From contig CM119263.1 in the NCBI GenBank assembly GCA_051294375.1, positions 29,689,517 to 29,753,516 on the forward strand: DNA of 64,000 nucleotides. The letters run 5' to 3'. The notes under the pieces were generated by a model. It worked only from the letters and a program-made list of their open reading frames with translations, was not told the origin of the DNA and searched no databases. Shown piece after piece: positions 14,026 through 26,980 of this stretch (the stretch's first letter is position 1; each line of letters starts with the position of its first letter). The position numbers and the translations under genes were made by a program. This DNA is from Paraspadella gotoi. Lineage: Eukaryota; Animalia; Chaetognatha.

Positions 14026-14040
14026 CTCTCTCTCTCCTTT
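13314..14040 (+). repeat. Polypyrimidine low-complexity tract ending in (CT)n
   Basis: ttttcc / tttccc iterations; source of the F/P/L/S ORFs at 13181-14208. Confidence 0.9.
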
Positions 14041-14138
14041 TTCGTTCTTTTAATCTGCGAAACTTTTCTATTTTCTTCCTTTCGCGTCGGACAAGCGAGG
14101 GACGGAGAGAGAGCGAGAGATAGGAAGAGAGAGAGACG

Positions 14139-14176
<38 letters not shown>

Positions 14177-15187
14177 GAAATGGTGAAGAAAGACGAGAAA
14201 AACTGTGAATCGACCAGGAGACGTGAAGCGTTGTCCCCGACACGTTGTCACGTTGTCAATTTGTCACGTTGTCAATTTGTCACTTTGTCGATTTGTCACG
14301 TCGTTAATTTGTCACGTCTACTTCTCGTATTTGCAACTTTTCACGATGTAGTAGAATCGTAAAGCTTAATTAACCGAATATAATAATATCAAAGTTTTAT
14401 TTTTGTCATGTCCTTTCACGTCATCGTTATTTAATCTGGTTAATTTATTCGAATAGGATCGTAGAAATAGGAGCGATAAAATATATAATATAACCTTGTA
14501 CTTTTCACACTTAACGACGAGTAAAAAGAATGTCACGTGAGACATGGAACGGCTCGGTTGATTTTTCACGCTCGAGTGATATCTCCAGTTTTCTCTACGC
14601 CTCGTATCGACAACCAATGGAATCAGGGATAATAAACAAACTAGATCACGTAAAAGATCCCCTTATAAATGATCCAGTTTCAATTAACTCCATTCCAGCT
14701 CCACCATCGACATGCTCCAGTATAAACCGGCTCCAGTCGTGACCTCCTCGCGTGGGAAGACACTTTCGTCACGACGACCCGCGCAGGGGCGAGCGAGGGC
14801 GTGGACCGGTCGAGCCAGACCGGGCGTGGGAGGCGAAGGAGGCGGCCATGGGAGTCAATGTTGTTATAGGGCGATAGGGGGCCGGGGGTGAGAGGCGGAG
14901 GTGGGAGGGTGGGGGGCGCAGGTGGTGGTGTGAGGTAGGGGGGTTGAGGGTAGACTGGGTAGTGGAGGTGGTCGAGATAAAAAATGGCGAAGGAAATGAG
15001 ATGAATCGATGAAGTATTGAAATCAAGAAAGGGATTCGAACTGTACAACAAATATTACAGATTATCGATTCACTTAATAAATATGTTATCTCGTCCCAGA
15101 CTTTGGTAATTTAAGATTATTTCGACAGTATTTATTTTTATTTTTCAACAGTGATAAGAAGATGTGATAAGTGATAAGAAGAATGTC

Positions 15188-15430
15188 ACTAAAGATCATT
15201 CTGACATCATAGGCGATAATACTTCTGAGGCTATTAAATATTATTCTAACACCATAGGCATTAAGCTTTCCATTAAATATTATTCTTACACCATAGCTTA
15301 TTAGCTTTCCATTTCATCAAAGATCATTTTGACATCAAAGACGATAAGCTTTCCATGTCATTAAAGATCATTCTGACATCAAAGGCGATAAACTGTCCAC
15401 GTCATTAAAGATCATTCTGCCTTCAATGTC
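15188..15430 (+). repeat. ~44-bp minisatellite (TTAAAGATCATTCTGACATCAAAGGCGATAAGCTTTCCATGTCA), about 6 copies
   Basis: Recurrent taaagatcattctgacatca / taaatattattctaacacca starts at ~40-44 bp spacing. Confidence 0.8.
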
Positions 15431-18204
15431 ATATATATATAATATATATATATATAATTATATATCTGATATATCAGACTCTAAAGCCACGAAATTCTTG
15501 CGGTTAAACGATTTTGAATCTGGAAAACCGAAACAAAATTTGATAAACATTTTTTGACTTCGATTCGATGGGGATTTAGATTTCACCTTTCGTCGTCGTC
15601 GTCGTCGTCGTCGTTGTTATTGTCGTTGTCGTTGTTAAAGTCGTCGTCGTCGTCGGCGCAACCATGACAGATCATATTTTCCATTCAGCGAATTTCCCTC
15701 GCATTTTTTACACATTTATTCAAAAAAAAATTTCGAGCTATTTTTCATTTCTAATCTTTTAAAATAATATGATCTTTTCTTTCTTTTTACACATATTATT
15801 ATTATTACACTTAACCTTCATTTAAGTAAGTAGATAGGAATTTCAATATGAAACCAAAGTGGGATTTTATTATCAGAAAATAAAGAAGACGAAGCCAATT
15901 TTTATTTTAAAAAAAACTTATTTTCTTTTATTTTATATTCAGCATCTTCTGTTTTTTTCCCAATATTTTTTTTCAAAAAAATGTCTTTTCCTTTTTTTTC
16001 ATTTCCTTTTTCCTCCGTTTTTCCTTTTCCTCCTACGTTTAGACCGAAACTCAATGCTCACGGGTCAAGGGGTCATGTTTGGTCAAATTTTTCATTCATT
16101 TTTTCTTTTTCTCACGTTTTTTCCTTTTTTTTTCAATTTTTCCTTTTTTTTCCCTTTTCATCGAAAACGGGACGAAAAAACATATCAGAATTTAAAAAAG
16201 TAAAATTTTTTTTNNNNNNNNNNNNNNNNNNNNNNNNNNNNNNNNNNNNNNNNNNNNNNNNNNNNNNNNNNNNNNNNNNNNNNNNNNNNNNNNNNNNNNN
16301 NNNNNNNNNNNNNNNNNNNNNNNNNNNNNNNNNNNNNNNNNNNNNNNNNNNNNNNNNNNNNNNNNNNNNNNNNNNNNNNNNNNNNNNNNNNNNNNNNNNN
16401 NNNNNNNNNNNNNNNNNNNNNNNNNNNNNNNNNNNNNNNNNNNNNNNNNNNNNNNNNTCCTTCCTCCTAAACAACTTTAAAATCGCATAATATGAGCTGA
16501 TGCCAGAAGGAGGTCGTCTAGTTGTAGTTCATTTATTGATAAATAACATTTCAATAACCTTTTATCACTATTTAAAACTTTATAGAACATTAAGCTCTTT
16601 TTGAATGTTTTTTTCCCTATTATCCTCGCCGTCTTTTCTTTTTAGTTTAACTTCGGCGGCCATCTTGTTTCCTCAGCTTCTTGTTTCCTCTTGTTTCCTT
16701 CTTGTTTCCTCAGCTTCGTTCTCGATTCGTAATTGATCAATCAATAAGCTATGAAGGCTGAGTTCTAAAGCGACGAATATAGATGTGAAAAACGCGACAC
16801 GAATAAACAGTAATAGTATTAAGTAATTAACTGTAAAAGTGTCGTTAATCTTTTGCCTTAAATACATAACTAAATATTAAAAAAGAGAATCAGCGTCAAG
16901 TTTTCAATTTTTATTTCTTTTTATTTGATGGAATTTAATTCCATCGCTTTGGTCACGTGACTTCTGGGCGTTGAATGGTGAGGTGTGAACGCAAGAACGT
17001 GATTACTGATCAGTCGTGATCCGTGAAATGTTAACTTTTCTCATTTTTTATATATTTTTATTAGTAAAACTTTTATAGGGCAAGGGAGTTTTTCATTGTT
17101 TTTTTTATATATTTTATGCTAAAGCTTCTGCGGTTTCTGTTCAAGTCTCCTCCATGAAAACCCAAATCCCTGCAACTTTATCTTTCTACCTTTTTCCCGC
17201 ATCATATCGTACCCCATGTTTTTTTCCCTAAATCCTGCTTTTTTTCCTTTGCCATGTTTTTGGAGAAAAACACCTTCAATTTTTGTATATCGCTGCAACG
17301 AAGCAAAAAAAGAAAAAAAACCATGCTGTAGCAATGAATTCGACAGCAGCTGCANNNNNNNNNNNNNNNNNNNNNNNNNNNNNNNNNNNNNNNNNNNNNN
17401 NNNNNNNNNNNNNNNNNNNNNNNNNNNNNNNNNNNNNNNNNNNNNNNNNNNNNNNNNNNNNNNNNNNNNNNNNNNNNAGAGAGAGAGAGAGAGAGAGAGG
17501 TGCAAAATTAGACTGAAAAGAGAATAAAAACAAGAACTGTAATTCCAATGTGTTGCGCCGCAGTGACCTTATTTTCACGATATGACATGATATGACATGA
17601 CATGAAATGATATGACATGATTAAAAAACTTTCTTTGCCCGTGTATTTATGAGTTATGACATGCACTGCATCAAAATTNNNNNNNNNNNNNNNNNNNNNN
17701 NNNNNNNNNNNNNNNNNNNNNNNNNNNNNNNNNNNNNNNNNNNNNNNNNNNNNNNNNNNNNNNNNNNNNNNNNNNNNNNNNNNNNNNNNNNNNNNNNNNN
17801 NNNNNNNNNNNNNNNNNNNNNNNNNNNNNNNNNNNNNNNNNNNNNNNNNNNNNNNNNNNNNNNNNNNNNNNNNNNNNNNNNNNNNNNNNNNNNNNNNNNN
17901 NNNNNNNNNNNNNNNNNNNNNNNNNNNNNNNNNNNNNACTAAAAAAAGGAGGAAGATGAAAAAATATTAACGATCGTTTTGTAAAGAAGAAAATATGAAT
18001 TAACGTATCGAGGAAATTGATGGATTGAAGACGTGAGGGAGAAGAGATGAGTGATGGAGAGGAGGAGGAGGAGGAGGAGGAGGAGGAGGAGGAAGGGAAC
18101 GAGGGTGATGAAAAATATTGGGAAGGGTGCAGTTTATATTTTGGAATTTTGGAAAATAGCATAAACGACGAAATGGTGGAACCGTGGAAGAAGTAGAACT
18201 ATAT

Positions 18205-18400
18205 TTAATACATTCTTTGAGACTTTATACCACTTATTGGAAAGCCAGGTACTCTGGCAGTGAATTAACGAGACTGATGGAAAGCTTGCAGGGCCCTACT
18301 TTGTTATTATCTTGTAAGAGTGTTGGAGATCTTAACAAAACCATAGACGGTCCAAAGTCTGGGGCTAGATAGCTTATTTATTGAATGAACGGATAATAAT
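18205..18400 (+). repeat. Dispersed repeat family A copy
   Basis: acattctttga..atac..aagccaggtactctggcagtgaat..GAAAGCTTGCAGGG..ttattatcttgtaagagtg..gatagcttatttattgaatgaacggataat. Confidence 0.8.
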
Positions 18401-20659
18401 ATTGGTTGTAGCAATTTCTTTAATTAATTAGAAACGGAATGGGGAAAACGGGACAGAGAAAAAGTGGAGGAAGGACTAAGTAATAAGAAAATAAAGGAAA
18501 GAGCAAAAGGAGCAAAAGAGAAGAGCTGAAAAAGCTGAGAAAGAGAAGAAGTAAAGAGTGTGGAAAAAGAGAAGGAAAGGAGAAAAGAAATGGAGAAAAA
18601 GTAGAGAAAAAGGGGAGGAAGAGAATAAAAAGAGGGAGTGAATGATTTCTAAGAAATGAGGACGAAAAAAAAAAAGATGACAGTCGATCGAAAGAAAAGA
18701 GAAACGATCGGGAGAAGCGAAGCTGAAAATATTAAAATCGCCGATGAAAGGGAGATATTATCTCTCTCTCTNNNNNNNNNNNNNNNNNNNNNNNNNNNNN
18801 NNNNNNNNNNNNNNNNNNNNNNNNNNNNNNNNNNNNNNNNNNNNNNNNNNNNNNNNNNNNNNNNNNNNNNNNNNNNNNNNNNNNNNNNNNNNNNNNNNNN
18901 NNNNNNNNNNNNNNNNNNNNNNNNNNNNNNNNNNNNNNNNNNNNNNNNNNNNNNNNNNNNNNNNNNNNNNNNNNNNNNNNNNNNNNNNNNNNNNNNNNNN
19001 NNNNNNNNNNNNNNNNNNNNNNNNNNNNNNNNNNNNNNNNNNNNNNNNNNNNNNNCGTCGACCCAAAATTCGGGGTCACGACTTCGCGATCGACGGAGCG
19101 TGACGAGCGCCATCTATTCGCCAGATGCCGAAGACAGATGCGAACGACAGATGCGAACGACAGATGCAGTCTAGAAATGCAGTCATACATTATAATAAAA
19201 ATTATACGAACTATGTAGTCTCTTCAGCATTCAAATTGTTGACTTTTAGTTAGTATTATACTTTTGCGACTGTCATCGAATGGCATAGATTNNNNNNNNN
19301 NNNNNNNNNNNNNNNNNNNNNNNNNNNNNNNNNNNNNNNNNNNNNNNNNNNNNNNNNNNNNNNNNNNNNNNNNNNNNNNNNNNNNNNNNNNNNNNNNNNN
19401 NNNNNNNNNNNNNNNNNNNNNNNNNNNNNNNNNNNNNNNNNNNNNNNNNNNNNNNNNNNNNNNNNNNNNNNNNNNNNNNNNNNNNNNNNNNNNNNNNNNN
19501 NNNNNNNNNNNNNNNNNNNNNNNNNNNNNNNNNNNNNNNNNNNNNNNNNNNNNNNNNNNNNNNNNNNNNNNNNNNNNNNNNNNNNNNNNNNNNNNNNNNN
19601 NNNNNNNNNNNNNNNNNNNNNNNNNNNNNNNNNNNNNNNNNNNNNNNNNNNNNNNNNNNNNNNNNNNNNNNNNNNNNNNNNNNNNNNNNNNNNNNNNNNN
19701 NNNNNNNNNNNNNNNNNNNNNNNNNNNNNNNNNNNNNNNNNNNNNNNNNNNNNNNNNNNNNNNNNNNNNNNNNNNNNNNNNNNNNNNNNNNNNNNNNNNN
19801 NNNNNNNNNNNNNNNNNNNNNNNNNNNNNNNNNNNNNNNNNNNNNNNNNNNNNNNNNNNNNNNNNNNNNNNNNNNNNNNNNNNNNNNNNNNNNNNNNNNN
19901 NNNNNNNNNNNNNNNNNNNNNNNNNNNNNNNNNNNNNNNNNNNNNNNNNNNNNNNNNNNNNNNNNNNNNNNNNNNNNNNNNNNNNNNNNNNNNNNNNNNN
20001 NNNNNNNNNNNNNNNNNNNNNNNNNNNNNNNNNNNNNNNNNNNNNNNNNNNNNNNNNNNNNNNNNNNNNNNNNNNNNNNNNNNNNNNNNNNNNNNNNNNN
20101 NNNNNNNNNNNNNNNNNNNNNNNNNNNNNNNNNNNNNNNNNNNNNNNNNNNNNNNNNNNNNNNNNNNNNNNNNNNNNNNNNNNNNNNNNNNNNNNNNNNN
20201 NNNNNNNNNNNNNNNNNNNNNNNNNAAAGAGTTAGTAAGATAGTTATTTTAACTATAATATAATAATATATAAAATATAATATAACTAATAATTCAATAA
20301 CTAAAGAAATAACTAGAATAACTACATAGAGAAATCGTAATCTAAGAATATTGGTGAACCAAAACGAAAAAAGAACAAAAAGAAGAAAAGTAGGAATGTG
20401 AAAAAAAAAGAAAGAAAGTGAGAAAAAGAATAAAAAAACTTAAAAGTAAAATGAATAACAATTGGGACATGAACGGGACCGAAAAAGGGATAAGGACAAA
20501 GAAAAGGGAAAAAGACAAGAAAAAAGAGGACAAAGATAATGACGGAAAAGCGGACAGTTGAGGGGAAAGAAAAGCTGAAGAGAGATCTTAAAAGTGGAAA
20601 TTTAAAAAAAGGGTAAGAGAAGCAGACGATAAAGCGGACAAAAAAATTGGAGTAGTTTT

Positions 20660-20868
20660 TTTATACGATTGAAACATTATTTAAAACATTATACAAAAAT
20701 TCATTGATAGAGAAGCGAGGGACTCTAGAGGTTAATAAACTAGAATGTCAGAGAATCTTGTTTGAAAGCTTGCAGTGACCTGCTATTATCCTGTTATTAT
20801 CTTGCAAGAGTGATGGAGGCCTTAAAGTCGGGAGAAAGACAGCTTATTTATTAAACGAATGGATAATT
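20660..20868 (+). repeat. Dispersed repeat family A copy
   Basis: gaaacattat..tcattgatagagaagc..tttGAAAGCTTGCAGtgacctgc..ttatcttgcaagagtgatggagg..cagcttatttattaaacgaatggataat. Confidence 0.8.
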
Positions 20869-21525
20869 TTTATATTTTTTTGAATAATTTCATGGACAAG
20901 AGAGAGTGGAAAAAGAGGTTTTGTGAAAAGAGTTGAAAAACCTGGAATAAAAATTAGGAGGAGAGAGTCGACAGCACGCTTTTTAATTGAATGGAAAAAC
21001 ATTTTCGATCTGACGTAGCTCAATTCTTTGGCTTTAGTTTAANNNNNNNNNNNNNNNNNNNNNNNNNNNNNNNNNNNNNNNNNNNNNNNNNNNNNNNNNN
21101 NNNNNNNNNNNNNNNNNNNNNNNNNNNNNNNNNNNNNNNNNNNNNNNNNNNNNNNNNNNNNNNNNNNNNNNNNNNNNNNNNNNNNNNNNNNNNNNNNNNN
21201 NNNNNNNNNNNNNNNNNNNNNNNNNNNNNNNNNNNNNNNNNNNNNNNNNNNNNNNNNNNNNNNNNNNNNNNNNNNNNNNNNNNNNNNNNNNNNNNNNNNN
21301 NNNNNNNNNNNNNNNNNNNNNNNNNNNNNNNNNNNNNNNNNNNNNNNNNNNNNNNNNNNNNNNNNNNNNNNNNNNNNNNNNNNNNNNNNNNNNNNNNNNN
21401 NNNNNNNNNNNNNNNNNNNNNNNNNNNNNNGAGGAGGAGGAGGAGGAAGATGACTAAAAGGGCGAGAAGAGGGGAAGGGCAACAAAAGCAATTCAATGAT
21501 AAAAACATCAATCAAATCTGGAAAG

Positions 21526-21579
<54 letters not shown>

Positions 21580-21606
21580 AATAAAGCCTCCTTTCTCAGA
21601 ATGTCC

Positions 21607-21644
21607 CTCGCTTTAGTGCGAAGGTCGACGGTTCGAATCCTCCC
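21607..21644 (+). other. tRNA 3'-half-like fragment (anticodon-like hairpin plus perfect B box)
   Basis: tcgc-tttagt-gcga stem-loop followed by aggtcgac-GGTTCGAATCC. No D arm or acceptor stem, so it is not a tRNA gene. Confidence 0.3.
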
Positions 21645-23117
21645 TTTCCCCTTTTTTCATTTCATNNNNNNNNNNNNNNNNNNNNNNNNNNNNNNNNNNN
21701 NNNNNNNNNNNNNNNNNNNNNNNNNNNNNNNNNNNNNNNNNNNNNNNNNNNNNNNNNNNNNNNNNNNNNNNNNNNNNNNNNNNNNNNNNNNNNNNNNNNN
21801 NNNNNNNNNNNNNNNNNNNNNNNNNNNNNNNNNNNNNNNNNNNNNNNNNNNNNNNNNNNNNNNNNNNNNNNNNNNNNNNNNNNNNNNNNNNNNNNNNNNN
21901 NNNNNNNNNNNNNNNNNNNNNNNNNNNNNNNNGGGGTGGGGATGTAGCTGACTGCTGAGGGGAGAAAAAAGGTTTTTGAGAGGGGAGAGAAAAATGAGAT
22001 AGAGTTTATTACTATTTTATTGCGTGGAGGTGAAATCAGAAATAGCAATTGGAATCGAATTCGGCAAGGGAAAGCAGGGGAGGGCAGGGCAAGCAAGGGT
22101 AGGGAGAAAATGTTGACAGTAGGAAGAGAATGAAAGCGAAATTGTCGAGTGGCCTCGTCTGATTCTTTTGAATTCAATAAAAAAAAGGAAAAAAATAATA
22201 AAGAAAAAGAAAAGACAAGGACGTTTTAAAAAACGACGACGACGACGACGACGACCAAATAAAGACGCAATTATGTCCTCAACGTTTGACTCTTCTTCTC
22301 TTGAAGCGGAAANNNNNNNNNNTGAGAGATTTTTAAAAGCCGAGAAGACTCATCAGTCAAAGAAACGAAGTTCATTGTGAACCATAAAAAAGATGAACTT
22401 GGAAATTAACTAATGACAAAAACCGAAGAGATAAAAAAATAAATCTCTTTTTGTCGCATAAGATTTTTTTTTGAAAGAGAAGAAAAGGTTGTTCACAATG
22501 AGATAGAAAGAATGAGAGATAGAAAGAGTGAAAGACAAAAAAAGTGAAAGAAAGAACGAAAGAATGAAAGAAAAGGAATAATGAAATTATAAAAGAAAGA
22601 TAGAAAAACAGAGAGAGACGAAAGAAAAAAAGAAAATAGATAGTAGAGAGAAAAAAAAACAATGATATAAGTTCATCATTTTTCAATTTCATATTTGACT
22701 GAATAAAAAAATTAGATTAAAGGCAAAGACAAGAAAAGGGTCATTCACCGGAGGCAATGACGTGATAAATTCAGTTGTGTCGTGTGATCGGTGAATGTTA
22801 TCAAACGTCTTAGAAAAAGAATTGGCCATAATTACATTTTTTTACTTTCTATTCGAGTTTAGGTCATACGTAATGTGTCTCCACAAGTTGAATATCGTTC
22901 GGTGAATAAAATAAATAAGGCAACGCTCGGGGCGATCGCGATATTAAAATACTTTCCCGGATCTCTCACAGTGAAAAAACATCCCAAGGATGAGAAAGCG
23001 ACGTCCTTCTGCAAACATCAACGACAACAACAACGACAACGAAAACAACGAGGAAAACAAGCGTCGTCCCTGCGGTGACGTCAACGTCTTTGGAGGCAAA
23101 TTCCTCCCTTTTCTCAT

Positions 23118-23600
23118 TGAAAGAAGAGAAAAGGGAGGAAGAGGAAGAAAAGGGAGGAAGAGGAAGAAAAGGGAGGAAGGAGAAGAAAGGGAGGAAGAAG
23201 AGGAAAGGGAGGAAAAAGAGGAAAGGAAGAAAGAGGAAAAGAAGGAAGAAGATGAAAGAGAGGAAAAAGAGGAAAGGGAGGAAGAAGAAAAAGAAAGGAA
23301 GAAGAGAAAAAGGAGGAAAAAGAGGAAAGAAAGAAAGCAAAGGAAAGGAAGGAAAAAGAGGAAAGGGAGGAAAAAGAGGAAGAAAAGAGAGGAAGAAGAG
23401 GAAAGGGAGGCAGAAGAGAAAAGGAAGGAAGAAGAGGAAAGGGAGGAAGAAGAGGAAAGAAAGGAAGAAGAGAAAAAAGCGAAAGAAGAGGAAAAAGGGA
23501 GGAAAAGGGAAGAAAGAAAAGAAGAAAAAAGAAGAGGAAAAAGAGAAAGAAGAGGAAAAAGGGAGGAAAATAGGAAAAGAAAAAAGAAAAAAGAAGAGGA
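23118..23600 (+). repeat. Polypurine ~18-bp tandem repeat (GAGGAAAGGGAGGAAGAA-like)
   Basis: Nearly pure A/G tract with repeated gaggaaagggaggaa units. Confidence 0.85.
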
Positions 23601-24947
23601 TGAGACGACGCAAAGAAAAGCTGTTATTCAGCGTTTTTTGAACGAACACTGAGTGGAATGGAGGAGATTAGGAGCGACGCCGGGCGCCGATTGGAGTTGG
23701 GGGGAGGTGGGGGATCGTGGGGGAGGTGGCGAGGGTGAGAGAAGATGGGGAGAGTGGGAAATAGAATGCAGGGCGTGGGGAAGGACTGAATCTAAAAAGA
23801 CTTAATAAAGGAAAGTTAAAAATGAGATGGAATGAAAGGATAAAAGAACTAATGAAGAAAAGAACAGAAGAAGAAGAAAAAGATGAACAAATGAACTCAA
23901 GAACAAAGAATATATGAACAAATGAACGAATGAACAAAAGAACAAATGATAATTATGGAAAGAGAGATGGAGAAAATGGTGCAGTGGGTTGAAAAGGCGA
24001 TGATTATAAGACTAAGAAAAAGATGGAAAACTGAGGAGAAAAAATAACATAAAAGGAGAAACGTCAAACAAGAAAGACTGATGAAAATAAAACAAAGTCT
24101 TTTGAATGAGAAGATTTGAAAGAGGGTGGGAGAATGAGAAGGAGAACGAGGGGGAGAATTAAAAGTGAGGAGAAGAATGATAAGGAGAATGAAGGGAAAA
24201 AGGAGAGGATGAATGATGAGGGGAATGAAAGAAAGAATGAAGAGAAAAATGAGTGGAAGAATGAGAAGGGGTTTGAAAAAGAGAATGTTTGAATAAGAGA
24301 ATATGATAGGAATAAGAACATAATGGCAGGAAAGTTGGAAAAATCAAACTATATAAATGTCATTTAGAAGCGTCAAAGGAAGAAAGAATACGAAACGTCA
24401 TAATCGAGAGAGAGAGAGAGAGACGAGAGAGAGAGAGACGAGAGAGAGAGAGAGAGAGACGAGCAGAGAGAGAGAGAGACGAGAGCGAAAAGGAAATTAA
24501 TTTTAAGACTTTTATAAGAAACTGAGATTAAAAGAAAGAAAAAAAATCGAATCTAAGAAGGAAAAGAGAGAAAAAAAGTTTGTATTCAAAATGGCGAACG
24601 AATTCATTAACTCCATTTGAATATTTGATACATGGCTTCCTCAGTCGACGTCTTCGTCGTCGTCGTCGTCGTCGTTGTCGTCGTCAAAAGAATAAACAAA
24701 AAGACAAAAAGATCGACATAGTCATTTTTTTTGCCATTGTCATTATATTCATCATCATTATCATTATCATAATCATCATCATCATCAGCATCATCATTAT
24801 CATAATCATCATCATCGTCATCATCATCATCATCAACATCATCATCATCATCAACATAATCATCATCATCGTCATAATTTTTATAATCATCATCATCAGC
24901 ATTATAATATCATCATCAAATCATCAAAATCATCATCTCCATCTCAA

Positions 24948-24988
<41 letters not shown>

Positions 24989-25011
24989 TCGTCTCTCTCT
25001 CTCTCTCTCTC

Positions 25012-25049
<38 letters not shown>

Positions 25050-25699
25050 CCGCCTTGAGTTGACGTTTAGTCGTGAGATGTGAAGTCGTTTGATGCGGAT
25101 GATCTCTCGACCGGGACAAAAAAGATGACGCCGGGTCGCGCCTCGTCACGCCGTAGCGGTGCCCTGTCACGTCCGAGCCGGGATTGTGACACGCCGGAGC
25201 TGGAGCCCTTTCACGCGGGGACAGTGCACGCCGGAACCTGGGCTGTGACCCTGTCGGGATGTGTCACGCGGGGGCCCAGTCACGACCGGGCTAATGTAAC
25301 TCTAAAGCGATTTGTCACGCTAAGATACATACGACACGGCATTGGCGCCACGCTGATTGATTTAATCCAGTGCACCGACCGTGACTAGCTGCGCCAACAA
25401 GTGAGTTTGTTCTCGTCACTCTACGTCACAAAATGTAATTTCCATTTACGCCACCTCACATCTATTCTACGTCACTTTTTAAAGAAAGCAATCATTGGAG
25501 ATTTTTTTTTTCATAAGTGAAATTGAAAACTGGCGTTAAAAACGTAACGTCTAGATTATCTTGTTAAAATATCTACAATCTATATGTTTACGAGTTAACG
25601 GAACTGTTGTTTAGTTAACTTTTCCTAGTGTAGAATTATACATCATGTCACACTTTTACTATTCCAGTAAATGACACTCAAGGGATAGGTTCTTTTATA

Positions 25700-25870
25700 A
25701 TTTATACAATTAAAACATTCTTTGAAACATTATGCACACTTCATTGATAGGGAAGCCAGGTACTCTGGTAGTGAATAAACGAAACTGTGAGAGAGTTTTG
25801 ATTGAAAGCTTGCAGGGACCTGCTTTGTCATTATCTAGTAAAAGTGATGGAGGACTTAAACCACCATAGA
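25700..25870 (+). repeat. Dispersed repeat family A copy (mirror copy at ~36235-36405, minus strand)
   Basis: aaacattctttgaaacattatgcacacttcattgatagggaagccaggtactctggtagtgaataaac..attGAAAGCTTGCAGGGacctgc..gtgatggaggacttaaa. Confidence 0.8.
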
Positions 25871-26070
25871 TTCAAAATGGTTGTACCAATTTTATCTAAT
25901 TAAATCCGGTAAAAATTTAGTTTTCTTTTTGTTTTTGTTCTCGTCGTTGTTGTTGTTGTTGTTGTTTGTCGTTTCCAAGCAAAAGTTCGAAAGACGAAAA
26001 TTCGATTTTGGAGGAAAACATCATGAATTTATAAGGGGACGCAATTTATGGGGAAAGTTTGGAAAGGGAA

Positions 26071-26169
<99 letters not shown>

Positions 26170-26255
26170 GATATTCGAAATCATTATGATCACCCAAACC
26201 GTAGAAAATCGGATTATTTTATTTTGTTTATTGAAAAACAACATAGAATCTGTCT

Positions 26256-26565
26256 ATTCAAACCTTTGTCATCTTCAATGCCATTTTCTTTTCAGCCATT
26301 TTATTTCATCCATTCAAACCTTTGTCATCTTCTATGCCATCTCCTTTTCTGCCATTTTATTTCGTTCATTCAAACCTTTGTCATCTTCAATGCTATCTCC
26401 TTTTCTGCCATTTTATTTTGTTCATTCAAACCTTTGTCATCTTCTATGCCATCTCCTTTTCGGCCATTTTATTTCGTTCATTCAAACCTTTGTCATCTTC
26501 CATGCCATCTCCTTTTCTGCCATTTTATTTCGTCCATTCAAACCTTTGTCATCTTCCATGCCATT
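26256..26565 (+). repeat. 56-bp minisatellite, ~5.5 copies (ATTCAAACCTTTGTCATCTTCTATGCCATCTCCTTTTCTGCCATTTTATTTCGTTC)
   Basis: attcaaacc recurs at 26256, 26312, 26368, 26424, 26480 and 26536, an exact 56-bp period. Confidence 0.95.
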
Positions 26566-26919
26566 CATAATTCCCGCCATTCTCCGGTTCCATCTTTCAA
26601 TCTTCCATCCACATGTTTTTTTCTATTCTGCGCCTAAATTTCTCGTTGACATTTTCTCTAAATTATTTCTCCATTTTTTTCCTTTTTTTCTTTCTTTTTT
26701 CTTCTTCTTTTATTTTCCTTCTCTCCTGCTATTTACCTCTTTATTTTCTATCTCTTCTTCTCCATCTATTTCCCGAATCTCTTGTTTTTCTCCTCTCCCC
26801 TTTTTGCCTTCATAACTTTCCGCTAATTAGAGTCTATGAAAAATCCTTTTTTTTGAGGGAAAAATATTTGAATTACAAATTCGCTCGCCATCCGAGAAAA
26901 GGGAGAAGGGTAGGAGAGA

Positions 26920-26980
<61 letters not shown>

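Noticed and set aside
13181-14208. Long ORFs (290 and 337 aa) as membrane proteins
   Set aside because: They are translations of a T/C low-complexity tract that lacks stop codons by composition. The same holds for 22966..23649, 50842..51708 and 61048..61887.
19264-20235. Long ORFs crossing N runs (also 42992..43990 and 48681..49499)
   Set aside because: They are open only because N translates as X.
21607-21644. Functional tRNA gene
   Set aside because: Only an anticodon-like hairpin and a B box are present; there is no D arm or acceptor stem pairing.
22990-23652. 220-aa E/K/R-rich coiled-coil protein
   Set aside because: The polypurine tandem repeat is open in several frames and on both strands; there is no domain or splice support.
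26256-26565. Regularly spaced repeats as a CRISPR array
   Set aside because: The whole 56-bp unit is repeated with no unique spacers, there are no cas genes, and the context is eukaryotic. The same applies to the arrays at 15188-15430 and 48600-48790.
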